From: an uncultured delta proteobacterium
GTDB lineage: Bacteria; Myxococcota; Myxococcia; Myxococcales; Anaeromyxobacteraceae
Assembly (NCBI GenBank): GCA_963814585.1
Contig: CAWFDF010000014.1
Location: 1 to 64,000, forward strand
Length of the DNA stretch: 64,000 nt
Reading direction: 5' to 3'
Part shown: piece by piece, positions 1 through 12,241 of the stretch
Layout of the letters: each line of letters begins with the position of its first letter
Numbering within the stretch: the stretch's first letter is position 1
The notes under the pieces: generated by a model
Database searches by the model: none
What the model saw: the letters and a program-made list of their open reading frames with translations, nothing else
Told to the model about the DNA's origin: nothing
Position numbers and translations under genes: made by a program

Positions 1-739
1 TCCAGAACTCGTCGAGGACGTAGTCGATGATCCGGTTGTCGAAGTCGACGCCGCCCAGGAAGACGTCGCCGCCGGTGGCCAGCACCTCGAAGACGTTCTG
101 GTCGAGCTTCAGCACCGTGGCGTCGAAGGTGCCGCCGCCCAGGTCGTAGACCAGCACGGTCTTCTGGTCAGCTCGCGGTTCATGCCGAAGGCCAGGGCCG
201 CGGCGGTCGGCTCGTTGAGCACGCGCTCGACCTCGAGGCCCGCCAGCCGCGGCCTCGCGGACCGCCTCCCGCTGGGCGTCGGAGTAGTAGGCCGGCACCG
301 AGATGATGGCCTCGGGGATGGACTTCTGCAGGAAGGCCTCGGCGATCTTCTTTCACGGTGAGCCAGCACCATGGCGCTGATCTGCGGCAGGGTATGGACC
401 TTGCCGCCGAGCAGCACCGCCGCCTCGCCGCTCGGGCCCCTCGACGATGTCGTAGCTGTAGTAGCTGCGAAGCTCCTGGACGACCCGCGAGTTCCACTTG
501 CGCCCGATGAGCCGCTTGGCCCCGTAGATCGTGTTCCGGGGGTTGGTGACCAGCTGGTCCTTGGCCACGCCCCCGACCAGGAAGTCCCCGCGGTCGCTGA
601 GCGCCACCACGCTGGGCAGGATCAGGTTGCCGCGATCGGTCGGCACCGCCCGGGGGATCCGGTTGCGGACGTGGGCCACGCAGGCATTGGTGGTACCGAG
701 ATCGATCCCGATGATGGCCTTCTCGCGCGGACCCGCCAT
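1..739 (-). CDS. Hsp70/DnaK-family protein, 3' end outside window, frameshifted
   Basis: IIGIDLGTTNACVA, VLNEPTAAALAFG and YDLGGGTFD motifs spread over several frames (shifts near ~430, ~250, ~170); ATG at 739. Confidence 0.85.
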
Positions 740-788
740 GCGCGATCTCTGGCACGGTTCGCCGACCCCTCGAAGTACGCGGCCGTTG

Positions 789-2928
789 CTAAACGGAACG
801 TCGCCGCCCTCCCCGGAGCCAGGCGCCTCACCCGGATCGGCGTCGCCGAAGAGCGAGGGGACGTGCCGGGCCCCCTCCGCGCCCAGCGCCGGGGCCGCGG
901 CCACGCCCGGCAGCGGGGCCTGGGCGAGGCCGTCGTCGAGCTGCCAGCGGTCGCAGAGCGGTGGCTCGGCCGGCAGCTCCTCGAGGAAGCGCGACGCCTT
1001 CATCACCACCCGCTCGCGGTCGCGCGGCGCCGCCATCACCGGGTAGGTCAGGTAGAGCTCGTCCTTGGCCCGGGTGCAGGCCACGTAGAAGAGCCGGCGC
1101 TCCTCCTCCTCGCCGTCCCGGTCCTTGAGGGCCTGCGCGCTGGGGAAGCGCCCGTCGGCCAGCCAGACCACGAAGACGGCGCGCCACTCCAGCCCCTTGG
1201 CCTGGTGGACGCTGGAGAGCACCGTCTTCTCTCCGGCTCGCCTCCCTCGCTCACCGTCTCGGCAGTCAGCTCGGAGAGCAGCGAGATCTCGGCGAGGAAG
1301 GTCTCGGTGTCGGACCAGCTCCGCGCGTACTCCGCCAGCTGGCGCAGGTCCTCCAGCCGGGAGTCGGCGTTGACGAACTCGGCCCGCAGGTAGGCCTCGT
1401 AGCCACCCGACAGCACCTCCTCGATGGCCTCGCCGGGCAGGTCGCAGGTGGGACGGGCCGCCAGCCGGCGCAGCACCTCGACCAGCGCCAGGTAGCCGGG
1501 CCGCCCCTTGCCAGGGACCTGCGCCAGCACCTCCGGCAGGCGCAGGTCGTCCACCGAGCCGCCACCCCGCCGGCGCGCCAGCAGGGTGGCCCAGACCGCC
1601 TGCGCCGTGGCCGTCCCCGATCCCCGGCGTCACCTTGAGGCAGCGCTTCAGCGCCAGCTCGTCCCCGGGGTTGCGGACGAAGCGCAGGTGGGCCAGGCAC
1701 GTCCTTCACGTGGGCCGCCTCGAAGAAGCGGATGCCGGAGCGGACCACGAAGGGGATCCCCGCGCCGCGCCAGCTCGAACTGGATCTCCATCGAGTGGTG
1801 GTGGGCCCGGTAGAGGACCGCGATCTCGGGGAGCGGCACCCCCTCGTCGCGCAGCTCCAGCACCCGCTGCGCCGTGAAGGCGGCCTGCTGGAAGAGATCG
1901 CGGCACGGCACCAGCGCCGGCAATGGCCCGTCGGCCCGCACGCTGGTGAGCTGCTTCTCGAACTGCTTGAGGTTGCAGGCGATCGAGGCGTTGGCCAGGC
2001 CGAGGATCTGTGGCGTCGAGCGGTAGTTGACGGTGAGCGCGAAGCGGCGGGCCTTCGGGTAACGCTTCTCGAACTCGAGGATGTTGGCGAAGTGGGCGCC
2101 GCGGAACCCGTAGATGCTCTGGGCGTCGTCACCGACCACGCAGAGGTCCTGATGGTCCTGCGCCAGCAGGTCGATGATGTCGCCCTGCAGCCGGTTGGTG
2201 TCCTGGTACTCGTCGACCAGCAGGTGGCGGAACCGATCGGCCAGGGCCCGGCGCACCGGCTCCCGCTCGGCCAGCAGGACCTTCCAGTTGAGCAGCAGGT
2301 CGTCGAAGTCCATGGCGTTCAGGTCGCGCTTGCGCTCCGCGAAGCGCCTCGCCACCCGGAGCAGCTCGTCGGTCAGCGGCACGAACTGCGGCCGGCGGGT
2401 CGCCACCAGCCTCGCCGAGGGGCGTCTGCGTGTTGACGGCCATGAGACCAGGTCCACCAGCACGTCGGCCTTGGGGAAGCGGCGCGCCCCCACCGCCAGC
2501 CCGCAGTCGGCCACCGCCGCGGTCATCACGTCGTCGGCGTCCTCGCGGTCGAGGATCGAGTAGCCGCGCGCGTAGCCGAGCGCCGCGGCGTGCTCGCGCA
2601 GCACCTGGTGCGCCACGTGGTGGAAGGTGCCGCCGGTGAGCCGCCGGGTGTCGACGCGCGCCACCTCCTCGACCCGGCGAAGCATCTCCCGGGCCGCCTT
2701 GTTGGTGAAGGTGAGCAGCAGGATCGACTCGGGCGAGGCGCCGTCGTGGAGGAGCCGGGCCACCCTCCAGGTGAGGGTCCGGGTCTTGCCCGAGCCGGCG
2801 CCTGCCACCACCAGGATCGGCCCGGACGGCGCCTCCACCACGGCGACCTGCTGGTCGTTGAGGAGCCCGTGGTAGTCGAGTTCAGGTCCGCCGCGCGGGG
2901 CCTGGTGGAGCCGGTAAATCCGTGACAT
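789..2928 (-). CDS. UvrD/PcrA-family ATP-dependent DNA helicase (several apparent indels)
   Basis: AGAGSGKT, LTFTNKAAREM, LVDEYQDTN, VGDDAQSIYGFRGA, NYRST, SVHQAKGLEW, EERRLFYVACTRAK; likely ends ...GDVPF with TAG at 789-791 one base out of frame. Confidence 0.9.
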
Positions 2929-2966
2929 GCGTTCAGGGCCGAGGCTACCGCTGGCGGGGTGGGGCG

Positions 2967-4111
2967 TCAAACCGGGCCGGGCGGCTCCGCCCCGAAGACG
3001 TCGAACCGGCCGCAGGACCGGCACCGCCACTCCCGGGCCGAGGCCTCGGCGCCGCACCGGCCGCAGCGGGGCGGCTCGGCCTTGCGCCGCAGGGCCTCCA
3101 TGGTCAGGGCGTGGCGCGCCGCCAGCTCGTCTGGCACGCCTGGCGAGGGCGACTCGGCGCGGCGCAGCAGGTCCCGAAGCGCCAGCGTCACCTCGCCGGT
3201 CCGGTCGAGACGCAGCGCCTCCCGGGCCGCCTCCAGGGCCTCGCCCCGCCGCCCGGCGCGGTGGAGCATCCGGGCGCACAGCAGCCGCAGCGCCGCGTCG
3301 TCGGGCCGGGCCGAGACCAGCCGCTCCAGCCGCCCGAGCGCCGGGACCGGGTCCTCCAGGCGGTCCAGGGCCGGGGCGGCCAGCAAGGCCTCGCCGGGCT
3401 GGCGAAGCAGCGCCTCGACCACCTCCTCGAGGGCCAGCTCCGCCGCCCCGCCTCCCGCCAGCACCTCGGCCCGGGCCAGCCGGGCGTCGGCGCACTCCGG
3501 ATCGGCCTCGACCGCCTCGTCGGCCAGGGCCAGCCCGGCCTCACGGCGACTGGCCGCGAGCTCGGCCCTGGCCGCGGCCGCCAGCAGGTGCGCGCGCAGG
3601 CGCGCCGAACCGGGGCCCGGCAGCGCGGCCTGGAGCGCGGCCGCCTCGCGCCAGCGCCCCTGGTCGGCCCGCACCTCGCGGAGCGCCTCGGCCGCCTGCC
3701 GCGTGGAGGCGGCGCGCGGCGAGAGGAGCTCGGCCGCCTCGGCCAGCATCCCGGCACGGCGGTAGTCCTGGGCCAGCTCCAGCTCCACCTCGCCCCGGCG
3801 GCCCGGGTCGAGGAGGCCCGAGACCAGCATGTTGCGGTGGAGCCGGATGGCCCGTGACAGGTCGCCGGTCCGGCGGAGGAGCGCGCCGAGCGCCAGGTAG
3901 GTGTCGAGCGCCTGCGGCGTCCCGAGCCGGGCGGCGTCGGAGAGGGCCTCGATGGCGGCGTCCGGGTCGTCCAGATCATGGAGCGGACCCCGGCCAGGAT
4001 CGCCTTGGCCTCGCGCCGCCGCCGGCGATGCCGGCTCATGGCGATGAGGATCACCCCCAGCGCCGCCCCGGCGGCCACCAGCTCGGCGAGTTGGCGCTCG
4101 GCGAGCTGCAC
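2967..4111 (-). CDS. lapB: LapB(YciM)-like TPR protein with C-terminal rubredoxin-type zinc ribbon (frameshift ~3975)
   Basis: N-terminal TM segment, YLALGALLRRTGDLSRAIRLHRNML, C-terminal CGRCG...WRCRSCG. Confidence 0.65.
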
Positions 4112-4116
4112 CGCGC

Positions 4117-4611
4117 CTAGCCCCCCACGCCGAAGCCGGCGCGGACCTTCTCCCAGGTGGCGTCGAGGTGGTCCACCATCACCCGCACGTCGGCCAGCAC
4201 CGGCATGAAGTTGTTGTCGCCGCTCCAGCGCGGCACCAGGTGCCAGTGAAGGTGATCGACGATTCCCGCCCCCCCGCCTGGCCGAGGTTCATGCCGAGGT
4301 TGAGCCCGTCCGGCCGGTGGGTGGCGCGCAGCACCGCCGCCGTCCGCCGCAGCAGCGCCTGCAGCCCGTCCCACTCCGCCCGCGGCAGCGCGTCCAGGTC
4401 GGCTCCGTGGCGGCGGGGCACCACCATGAGGTGGCCGGAGTTGTACGGGTACCGGTTGAGGATGACGAAGGCGTGCTCGTCCCGGTGGACGATCAGGTTC
4501 CTGCGATCGTCCGCTGCCGGCGCCGCGGGGAAGTCACAGAAGATGCAGCCGGCCGGCTTCGGGCCGCCGATGAACTCCATCCGCCACGGCGCCCAGAATC
4601 GGCCGCTCCAT
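4117..4611 (-). CDS. HIT-family hydrolase (frameshifts ~4597 and ~4270)
   Basis: WAPWRMEFI, CIFC, LNRYPYNSGHLMVVP, HLHWHLVPRW. Confidence 0.9.
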
Positions 4612-4646
4612 CTCCCCTCCTCAGTGCCCCGTCCCCGTCACGAGGC

Positions 4647-5774
4647 CTACCGCGACAGGAAGTAGAGGCCGGGCTGGCGCGCCTCGCTGGCCTCGGCCGC
4701 CAGCTCCGCCCGGACCGCCCGCGCCACGGCCCGGGCCCCGCCGCTCATGAGCTGCTCGAGGAAGCGGGCGCCGTCCTCGGGCGGGTACACCAGCGAGGGC
4801 TCCCCGGACTGGCCGGCCTCCTTCATGGCCAGCTCCACCGCGGCGTAGAAGTTGCCCAGCTGGTCCACCAGCCCCAGCTCCAGGGCGTTCTCGCCGGTGA
4901 TGACCCGGCCGTCGGCCACCGCCCGGACTTGCGCCTCCGGGAGGTGCCGGCCGCTCACCACGGCGCCGAGGAACTGCTCGAAGATGCGGTTGGTGGTCTC
5001 CTGCCAGTAGGCCCGCTCCTCGGGCGACATCTCGCGGAAGGGGCTGCCCATGTCCTTCAGCTTGCCGCTCTTGATGGTCTCGAACTTGAGGTCGAAGCGC
5101 TCGGCCAGCCCCTTGGCGTTGACGAACTGGCTGATCACGCCAATCGAGCCGGTGAGCGTGCCCGGCTCGGCCACGATCCGGGTGCAGCCCACCGCCACGT
5201 AGAAGCCACCCGAGGCGGCCACGTTGCCGAGCGAGCAGACCACGGGCTTCTTCCTTCCCACCCGCTGGACCTCCTCGTGGATCTCCTGGGACGGCGCGAC
5301 CGCGCCCCCGGGCGAGTCGATGCGAACCAGGACGGCCTTGATCGAGGAGTCGTCGCCGAAGCGGCGCAGCTGCTTCATGGTCCGCTCGGCGTCCACGCCG
5401 CCCGGCCCGGCCCCGATGGCCCCCTTCACCTCCACGACGCCGATGCGCGGGCCGCTGGAGAGGTGGGGCGCCTCGCCCCTCACCACGCCGTAGGCCAGCG
5501 CCAGGAAGGCGAAGAAGACGAGGAAGAGCCCGCCGAAGATGGAGCCGACCACCCAGAGCGCCACCCGATCGCGCCGTGGCGGCGCCGGCGGGGCCATCGG
5601 CGGCGGGGCCTGGCCCCAGCCGGGCGGGGGGCCCCACCCAGGCGGCGGCGCGCCCCAGGCGACCGTGGGGGGAGCGGAAGCCGCAGGCGTCGAGAGCGGC
5701 GGCGGGGCGGCCGGCGGGCCCTGGGGCTCGACCGGGACGGTGGGGAGCGGCTCGCTGGGATCGCGGGGGTCCAT
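4647..5774 (-). CDS. sppA: Signal peptide peptidase SppA (S49)
   Basis: RIDSPGG, VAASGGFYVA, TGSIGVI, SGKLKDMGSPFR; Pro-rich N-terminus and TM segment. Confidence 0.93.
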   Translation of the reverse strand: MDPRDPSEPLPTVPVEPQGPPAAPPPLSTPAASAPPTVAWGAPPPGWGPPPGWGQAPPPMAPPAPPRRDRVALWVVGSIFGGLFLVFFAFLALAYGVVRGEAPHLSSGPRIGVVEVKGAIGAGPGGVDAERTMKQLRRFGDDSSIKAVLVRIDSPGGAVAPSQEIHEEVQRVGRKKPVVCSLGNVAASGGFYVAVGCTRIVAEPGTLTGSIGVISQFVNAKGLAERFDLKFETIKSGKLKDMGSPFREMSPEERAYWQETTNRIFEQFLGAVVSGRHLPEAQVRAVADGRVITGENALELGLVDQLGNFYAAVELAMKEAGQSGEPSLVYPPEDGARFLEQLMSGGARAVARAVRAELAAEASEARQPGLYFLSR

Positions 5775-5825
5775 GACCCCGTGAGGTAATCACGCGCCGC
5801 CCGGGCTCGCAACAGGCCCCCCATG

Positions 5826-5856
5826 AAGAAGGGCGGCCCGCCGTGGCGAGCCGCCC
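5826..5856 (-). terminator. Intrinsic terminator downstream of rpsA
   Basis: 11-bp GC stem (5831-5841 / 5846-5856) followed by TTCTT on the minus strand. Confidence 0.6.
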
Positions 5857-5893
5857 CCTGGTCCTCCCGGCCCCGCCGGGGCGAGCCGACCGG

Positions 5894-7600
<1,707 letters not shown>

Positions 7601-7759
7601 GCGTGTGGGCTCTTGGTTTTCTCGGAGGGCGCCGGCCGAAGGGAGCTGACGGGCCGCCGCCGCTGCGTCTTGCCCCTGGTTGGCGTTCACGCGGACGGAC
7701 CTGGGGATCGAGGCCCGCCACGGGCACCGGGGACACCCCGGCACCATCGAAGAGCGCGC

Positions 7760-7788
7760 AAGCTACACGCCTGAAAAATGCCCGTCAA
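7760..7788 (-). promoter_or_regulatory. sigma70-type promoter of rpsA
   Basis: TTGACG-N17-TAGCTT on the minus strand. Confidence 0.65.
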
Positions 7789-7810
7789 TAGGGGGAGGCC
7801 GCCCCTTCGT

Positions 7811-8668
7811 TCAGGCGGCCCCGACGGGCTGGCCCACCAGCCCCCGCAGCCAGCCGGCCACCCCTTCGACCACCCAGTCGGGCGTCGAGGCGCCGGCCGA
7901 GAGGCCGACCAGCTTGCAGCCGTCGAACCACTCGGGGCACAGCTCCTCCTCGGTCTCGACGTGCCAGGTGCGCGGCTGGATGGCCCGGCAGATCTCCGCG
8001 AGGTGCCGGGTGTTGGCGGAGTTCTTCCCGCCCACCACCACCACCGCGTCCACCTCGGCGGCCAGCGCCCGGGCGTCGGCCTGCCGCTCCTCGGTGTCGT
8101 TGCAGATGGTGTTGACGGCGCGGACCTCCTTGTGGCGCAGGGCCAGCGCCCCCACCAGCCGCTCGAAGTCGGCGCCGATGCAGGTGGTCTGGGCGATGAC
8201 CGCCACCTTCTTGTCCTTGATGGCCGGCACCTTGCCGCCCGGCTTGACCACCGTGCAGGGCCCCTCGGCATAGGAGATCACGCCCTTGACCTCGGCGTGA
8301 TCGGCGTCACCGACGATGACCAGGTGGTAGCCCTGGCTGGAGAGCCGCTGCGCCATGGCCTGGGGGTACTTCACGTAGGGGCAGGTGCCATCCACCACGG
8401 TGAGGCCGCGGGCCTCGGCGGCCTCCAGCTCGGTCTTCACGGCGCCATGGGTACGCACCACCACGGTGGTCCCGGCCTGCACCTCGGCGATGGCATTGAC
8501 GGTGCCGACCCCCTTCTCGCGCATCCGGGTCACGGCCTGGGGGTTGTGGATGATGGGCCCGAGCGTCACCACCCGGCCGATCCCCTGGTCGGCCACCTGC
8601 ATCACCTGGTCGACGGTGCGCCGCACTCCCCAGCAGAACCCGGCGGTGCGGGCGATCTTCACGTCCAT
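7811..8668 (-). CDS. ispH: 4-hydroxy-3-methylbut-2-enyl diphosphate reductase
   Basis: AGFCWGVRR, GPIIHN, DGTCPYV, AQTT, NTICNDT, GGKNSANT, SAGASTPDW. Confidence 0.96.
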   Translation of the reverse strand: MDVKIARTAGFCWGVRRTVDQVMQVADQGIGRVVTLGPIIHNPQAVTRMREKGVGTVNAIAEVQAGTTVVVRTHGAVKTELEAAEARGLTVVDGTCPYVKYPQAMAQRLSSQGYHLVIVGDADHAEVKGVISYAEGPCTVVKPGGKVPAIKDKKVAVIAQTTCIGADFERLVGALALRHKEVRAVNTICNDTEERQADARALAAEVDAVVVVGGKNSANTRHLAEICRAIQPRTWHVETEEELCPEWFDGCKLVGLSAGASTPDWVVEGVAGWLRGLVGQPVGAA

Positions 8669-8725
8669 GGGTCGCTCCACCTCGACGGCTTCATATAACG
8701 CCGCCGCGCCGCATCACAACCAGGG

Positions 8726-9403
8726 CTACCTCTCGCCCTTGTCCCCGACGAAACGATCCTTTTCGTCCCTGAAGAGGACGTTGAAGGTGGTGAGCGACCC
8801 GTAGCAGCGGGTCACGTACTGCTGCAGGTCCACCTTCTCGGCGTCGCTCAGCTTCTCGTGGGCGTTGAGCTTCGCCTCCAGCACCCGCAGCCGGTCGCGG
8901 ATCATCACCACCTTGTGGAGCAGGGCGTCGAGCGGGATCTCCTTCTGCTGCGCCGCCGGATCGCCCGGCTTCAGGACGATGGTGCCGCCCTCCCACTTGT
9001 TGGCCAGCCGGACCTCGCCGCTCTCCTCGCGCAGGACGTCGCGGATGGCCTGGGCGAACTCTTCACGGGTCATGTCGGTCAGCTCCTCGGGCAGCGGGTT
9101 GGGCGCCGGCGCCGGCCGGCCCACCGGGACGAAGGTGGTGACGGGGTGGGCCTCGCCGGGGCGGTGCACCACCACCGGCCGCAGCGAGGCGGCGCGGCGC
9201 TGCCGCTCCGGCTCGGGGGGAGGCGCCGCCGGGACCGCGGCATCGCGGGCCAGGTACCGCTCGCACGGCGGCGCGCTGGCCGGGACGTCACCGAGGCGGA
9301 CCTGCAGCCGGCAGGGCCCGACCGGCCCGCGGTCGTCGTCGGCCAGGTGGCGCCAGAGCCGGCAGTTCCCGCACTGGCGGGCGCCGCTCAGCAGGTCGCT
9401 CAC
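8726..9403 (-). CDS. Hypothetical protein (N-terminal Cys cluster, Pro-rich linker, helical C-domain)
   Basis: GTG overlaps cmk stop; CGNC..C..C, then KWEGGTIVLKPG...HKVVMIRDRLRVLE...TRCYGSLTTFN; coding-like GC3. Confidence 0.7.
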   Translation of the reverse strand: MSDLLSGARQCGNCRLWRHLADDDRGPVGPCRLQVRLGDVPASAPPCERYLARDAAVPAAPPPEPERQRRAASLRPVVVHRPGEAHPVTTFVPVGRPAPAPNPLPEELTDMTREEFAQAIRDVLREESGEVRLANKWEGGTIVLKPGDPAAQQKEIPLDALLHKVVMIRDRLRVLEAKLNAHEKLSDAEKVDLQQYVTRCYGSLTTFNVLFRDEKDRFVGDKGER

Positions 9404-10110
9404 CGGCCCGAGCTCCGCGCCGCGAGGCGGACCTCGACCTCGTGCGCCAGCTCCTCGACGACCCCGGCGAGATCCAGCTCGGAGGTGTCCAGCAGGCGCG
9501 CGTCGGCGGCCGGCTTGAGCGGGGCCAGCACCCGCTCGCTGTCGTTCCTGTCGCGGCGGCGCTGGTCCTCCAGCACCTGCTCCAGCGTGGAGGGATCGCC
9601 CTTCTGCCGCAGCTCGGCGAAGCGCCGCTGCGCCCGCTGCCGCTCGCCGGCGGTGAGGAAGATCTTCAGGTCGGCATCGGGGAAGACCACGGTGCCGATG
9701 TCGCGCCCCTCCAGCACCGCGCCCCGGTTCTCCGGGGCGAGCGCCAGCCGCCGCTGCAGGTCCAGCAGGCCGGAGCGCACCACCGGGCGCGCCGAGACGG
9801 CGCTGGCGCCGAGCGACATGGGGGGCGTCCGGATGGCCTGGGAGACGTCCTCCCCGCCGAGCAGCACCTGGGGCCCGCCGCCGGGGCCGACCGGGGGAGC
9901 GAACCGGATCTGGAGCCCCGGCAGCAGCGTCTCCAGGCGGGCGTCGTCGTCGAAGGCGATCCCCTGCCGGCTGGCCGCCAGCGCCACGGTCCGGTAGATG
10001 GCGCCGGTGTCGACCAGCGCGAAGCCGAGCCGGGCCGCCAGCAGCCTGGAGGCGCTCGACTTGCCGGCCCCGGCCGGCCCGTCGATGGCGACGATGAACG
10101 GCCGGGCCAT
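9400..10110 (-). CDS. cmk: Cytidylate kinase
   Basis: VAIDGPAGAGKSS, DTGAIYR, EGRDIGTVVFPDA, RRDRND. Confidence 0.97.
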   Translation of the reverse strand: MARPFIVAIDGPAGAGKSSASRLLAARLGFALVDTGAIYRTVALAASRQGIAFDDDARLETLLPGLQIRFAPPVGPGGGPQVLLGGEDVSQAIRTPPMSLGASAVSARPVVRSGLLDLQRRLALAPENRGAVLEGRDIGTVVFPDADLKIFLTAGERQRAQRRFAELRQKGDPSTLEQVLEDQRRRDRNDSERVLAPLKPAADARLLDTSELDLAGVVEELAHEVEVRLAARSSGR

Positions 10111-11204
10111 CAGGCGGCCAGCACCTGGGCGAGCGCGGCCAGGACCCGGGCATTCTCGTCGGGCAGCCCGACCGTGACCCGGATCGCCGATGGGAAGCCG
10201 TAGCCGCCGACGGGGCGGACCACCACGCCCAGCCGCAGCACCTGCTCGAACAGCTCCTTCCCGCTCCGGCCCGTGAAGTCGGCCAGCAGGAAGTTCCCTT
10301 GCGACGGGGCCACCACGGCGCCCAGCGCCTTGAGCCCGGACTCCAGCCGGGGCCGCTCCTGGCGCACCAGCGTGAGGGTCCGCTCGACGTGCCCGGTGTC
10401 GCTGAGCGCGGCCACCCCGGCCGCCTGGGCCACCAGGCTGGTGTTGAAGGGGGCCCGGACCCGATCGAGGAAGCCGACCAGCTCGGCCCGCGCCACGCCA
10501 TACCCGAGGCGCAGCCCGGCCAGCCCGTAGATCTTGGAGAAGGTGCGCAGGACGACCAGGTTCGGGTAGCGCTTGCGGAGCGCCAGCGAGTCCTGGAAGC
10601 CGGGCGCGTCCACGAACTCGACGTAGGCCTCGTCGAGCACCACCAGGGTCGACTTGGGCATGGCGTCGAGGAACGGGAGCAGCTCGCGCTCGGTGAACCA
10701 TGTGCCGGTGGGGTTGTCGGGATTGGCCAGGAAGACCACCTTGGTGCGCGAGTTGACGCGCGCCTTGAGGCCGTCGAGGTCGTAGTGGAAGCGGGCCTTC
10801 ATGGGCGCCTCGACCAGCGTCCGCCCGTGGGCCTGGGTCGCCAGCCGGTAGGCCACGAAGCTCTGCGCCGAGGTCACCACCTCCTCGCCGTCGAGGACGA
10901 AGGTGCGGACCAGCAGCTCGATCAGCTCGTTGGAGCCGTTGCCGACGAAGACCTCCTCGAAGGCCACGCCGAGGTGGGCGGCCAGGGCGTGGCGCAGCGT
11001 GTAGGCCGAGCCGTCCGGGTAGAGGTGGACCCGGGCCGCCGCCTCCCTCGCGGCGGCCAGCGCCAGGGGCGACGGGCCGAGCGCGTTCTCGTTGGAGGCC
11101 AGCTTGGCGACGCCGGAGATTCCCAGCTCGCGCTCGACCTCCTCGATGGGCTTGCCGGGGAGGTACGGGGTCAGCGAGGCGACGTTGGGCGGGACGAGGG
11201 CCAT
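10110..11204 (-). CDS. hisC: Histidinol-phosphate aminotransferase
   Basis: YLPGKP, KLASNEN, NPDNPTG, DEAY, RTFSKIYGLAGLRLGY. Confidence 0.95.
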   Translation of the reverse strand: MALVPPNVASLTPYLPGKPIEEVERELGISGVAKLASNENALGPSPLALAAAREAAARVHLYPDGSAYTLRHALAAHLGVAFEEVFVGNGSNELIELLVRTFVLDGEEVVTSAQSFVAYRLATQAHGRTLVEAPMKARFHYDLDGLKARVNSRTKVVFLANPDNPTGTWFTERELLPFLDAMPKSTLVVLDEAYVEFVDAPGFQDSLALRKRYPNLVVLRTFSKIYGLAGLRLGYGVARAELVGFLDRVRAPFNTSLVAQAAGVAALSDTGHVERTLTLVRQERPRLESGLKALGAVVAPSQGNFLLADFTGRSGKELFEQVLRLGVVVRPVGGYGFPSAIRVTVGLPDENARVLAALAQVLAA

Positions 11205-11243
11205 GGCTGGGCCGGCTTCATACCACGCCGGTCCGTCGCCGCC

Positions 11244-12212
11244 CTACTCGTCCGAGGTGAAGACGCCGATGGCCCGGTACTTCCGGTACCGGTCGGCGAC
11301 AATCTGCTCCGGCGAGAGCTGGCGCAGCTGGGCCAGGTGGCGGCGGATGGCCTCGCCGACGTTGCGGGCCGCCTGGGCGTGGTCCCGGTGGGCGCCGCCC
11401 AGCGGCTCCTGGACGATCTCGTCGGTGATGCCGAAGCCGGAGAGGTCCTTGGCCGTGAGCTTGAGCGCCTCGGCGCTCTTCTTGGCCTGCCCGGCATCGC
11501 GGTAGAGGATCGAGCTGCAGCTCTCCGGGGAGATGACGTTGTACCAGCTGTACTGGAGCATCAGGATCCGGCTGGTGACGCCCAGTCCCAGCGCCCCGCC
11601 GGAGGCCCCCTCGCCGATGACGGTGGAGATGCTCGGCACGGACAGCCCCGACATCACCTCGAGGTTGACGGCGATGGCCTCGGCCTGCCCGCGCTCCTCG
11701 GCGCCGATGCCCGGGTAGGCCCCCGGCGTGTCGATGAAGATCAGGACCGGCAGCCGGAACCGCTCGGCCAGGTCGAAGAGCCGGCGCGCCTTCCGGTAGC
11801 CCTCGGGGCGGGGCATGCCGAAGTTGCGCACCATGTTCTCCTTGGTGCTGCGACCCTTCTGGTGGCCCATCACCAGCACCGGCGCCCCGTCGAAGCGGGC
11901 GAAGCCGGCCACGATGGCCCGGTCGGCGGCGAAGCGCCGGTCGCCCTCGATCTCGAAGAAGTCGGTGAAGAGGTGCTTCAGGTAGTCGAGCGTGTAGGGC
12001 CGGTTGGGGTGCCGGGCCAGCTGGACGATCTGCCAGGAGGTCAGGTCGTCGAAGATCTCGGCCTGGAGCCTTCGGGCCTTCCGCTCCAGCTTGAGGATCT
12101 CGTCGGAGAAGTCGACCTTGGCGCCGCCGGAGAGTTCCTTGAGCTCCGCGATCTTGGACTGCAGCGCCATCAGCGGCCGCTCGAAGTCGAGAGCGAAGGT
12201 TGGCTTGAGCAC
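11244..12212 (-). CDS. accA: Acetyl-CoA carboxylase carboxyltransferase alpha subunit
   Basis: ARHPNRP, NFGMPRPEGYRKA, DTPGAYPGIGAEERGQ, GEGASGGAL. Confidence 0.97.
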   Translation of the reverse strand: MLKPTFALDFERPLMALQSKIAELKELSGGAKVDFSDEILKLERKARRLQAEIFDDLTSWQIVQLARHPNRPYTLDYLKHLFTDFFEIEGDRRFAADRAIVAGFARFDGAPVLVMGHQKGRSTKENMVRNFGMPRPEGYRKARRLFDLAERFRLPVLIFIDTPGAYPGIGAEERGQAEAIAVNLEVMSGLSVPSISTVIGEGASGGALGLGVTSRILMLQYSWYNVISPESCSSILYRDAGQAKKSAEALKLTAKDLSGFGITDEIVQEPLGGAHRDHAQAARNVGEAIRRHLAQLRQLSPEQIVADRYRKYRAIGVFTSDE

Positions 12213-12241
12213 GGCGCCTTATAGCACGCCGCCCCAGCGAG

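Noticed and set aside
353..1633. Apparent helicase-Hsp70 fusion ORF
   Set aside because: One missing T at ~791 (TTT TAG read as TTT AGC) removes the helicase stop; the Hsp70 has its own ATG at 739.
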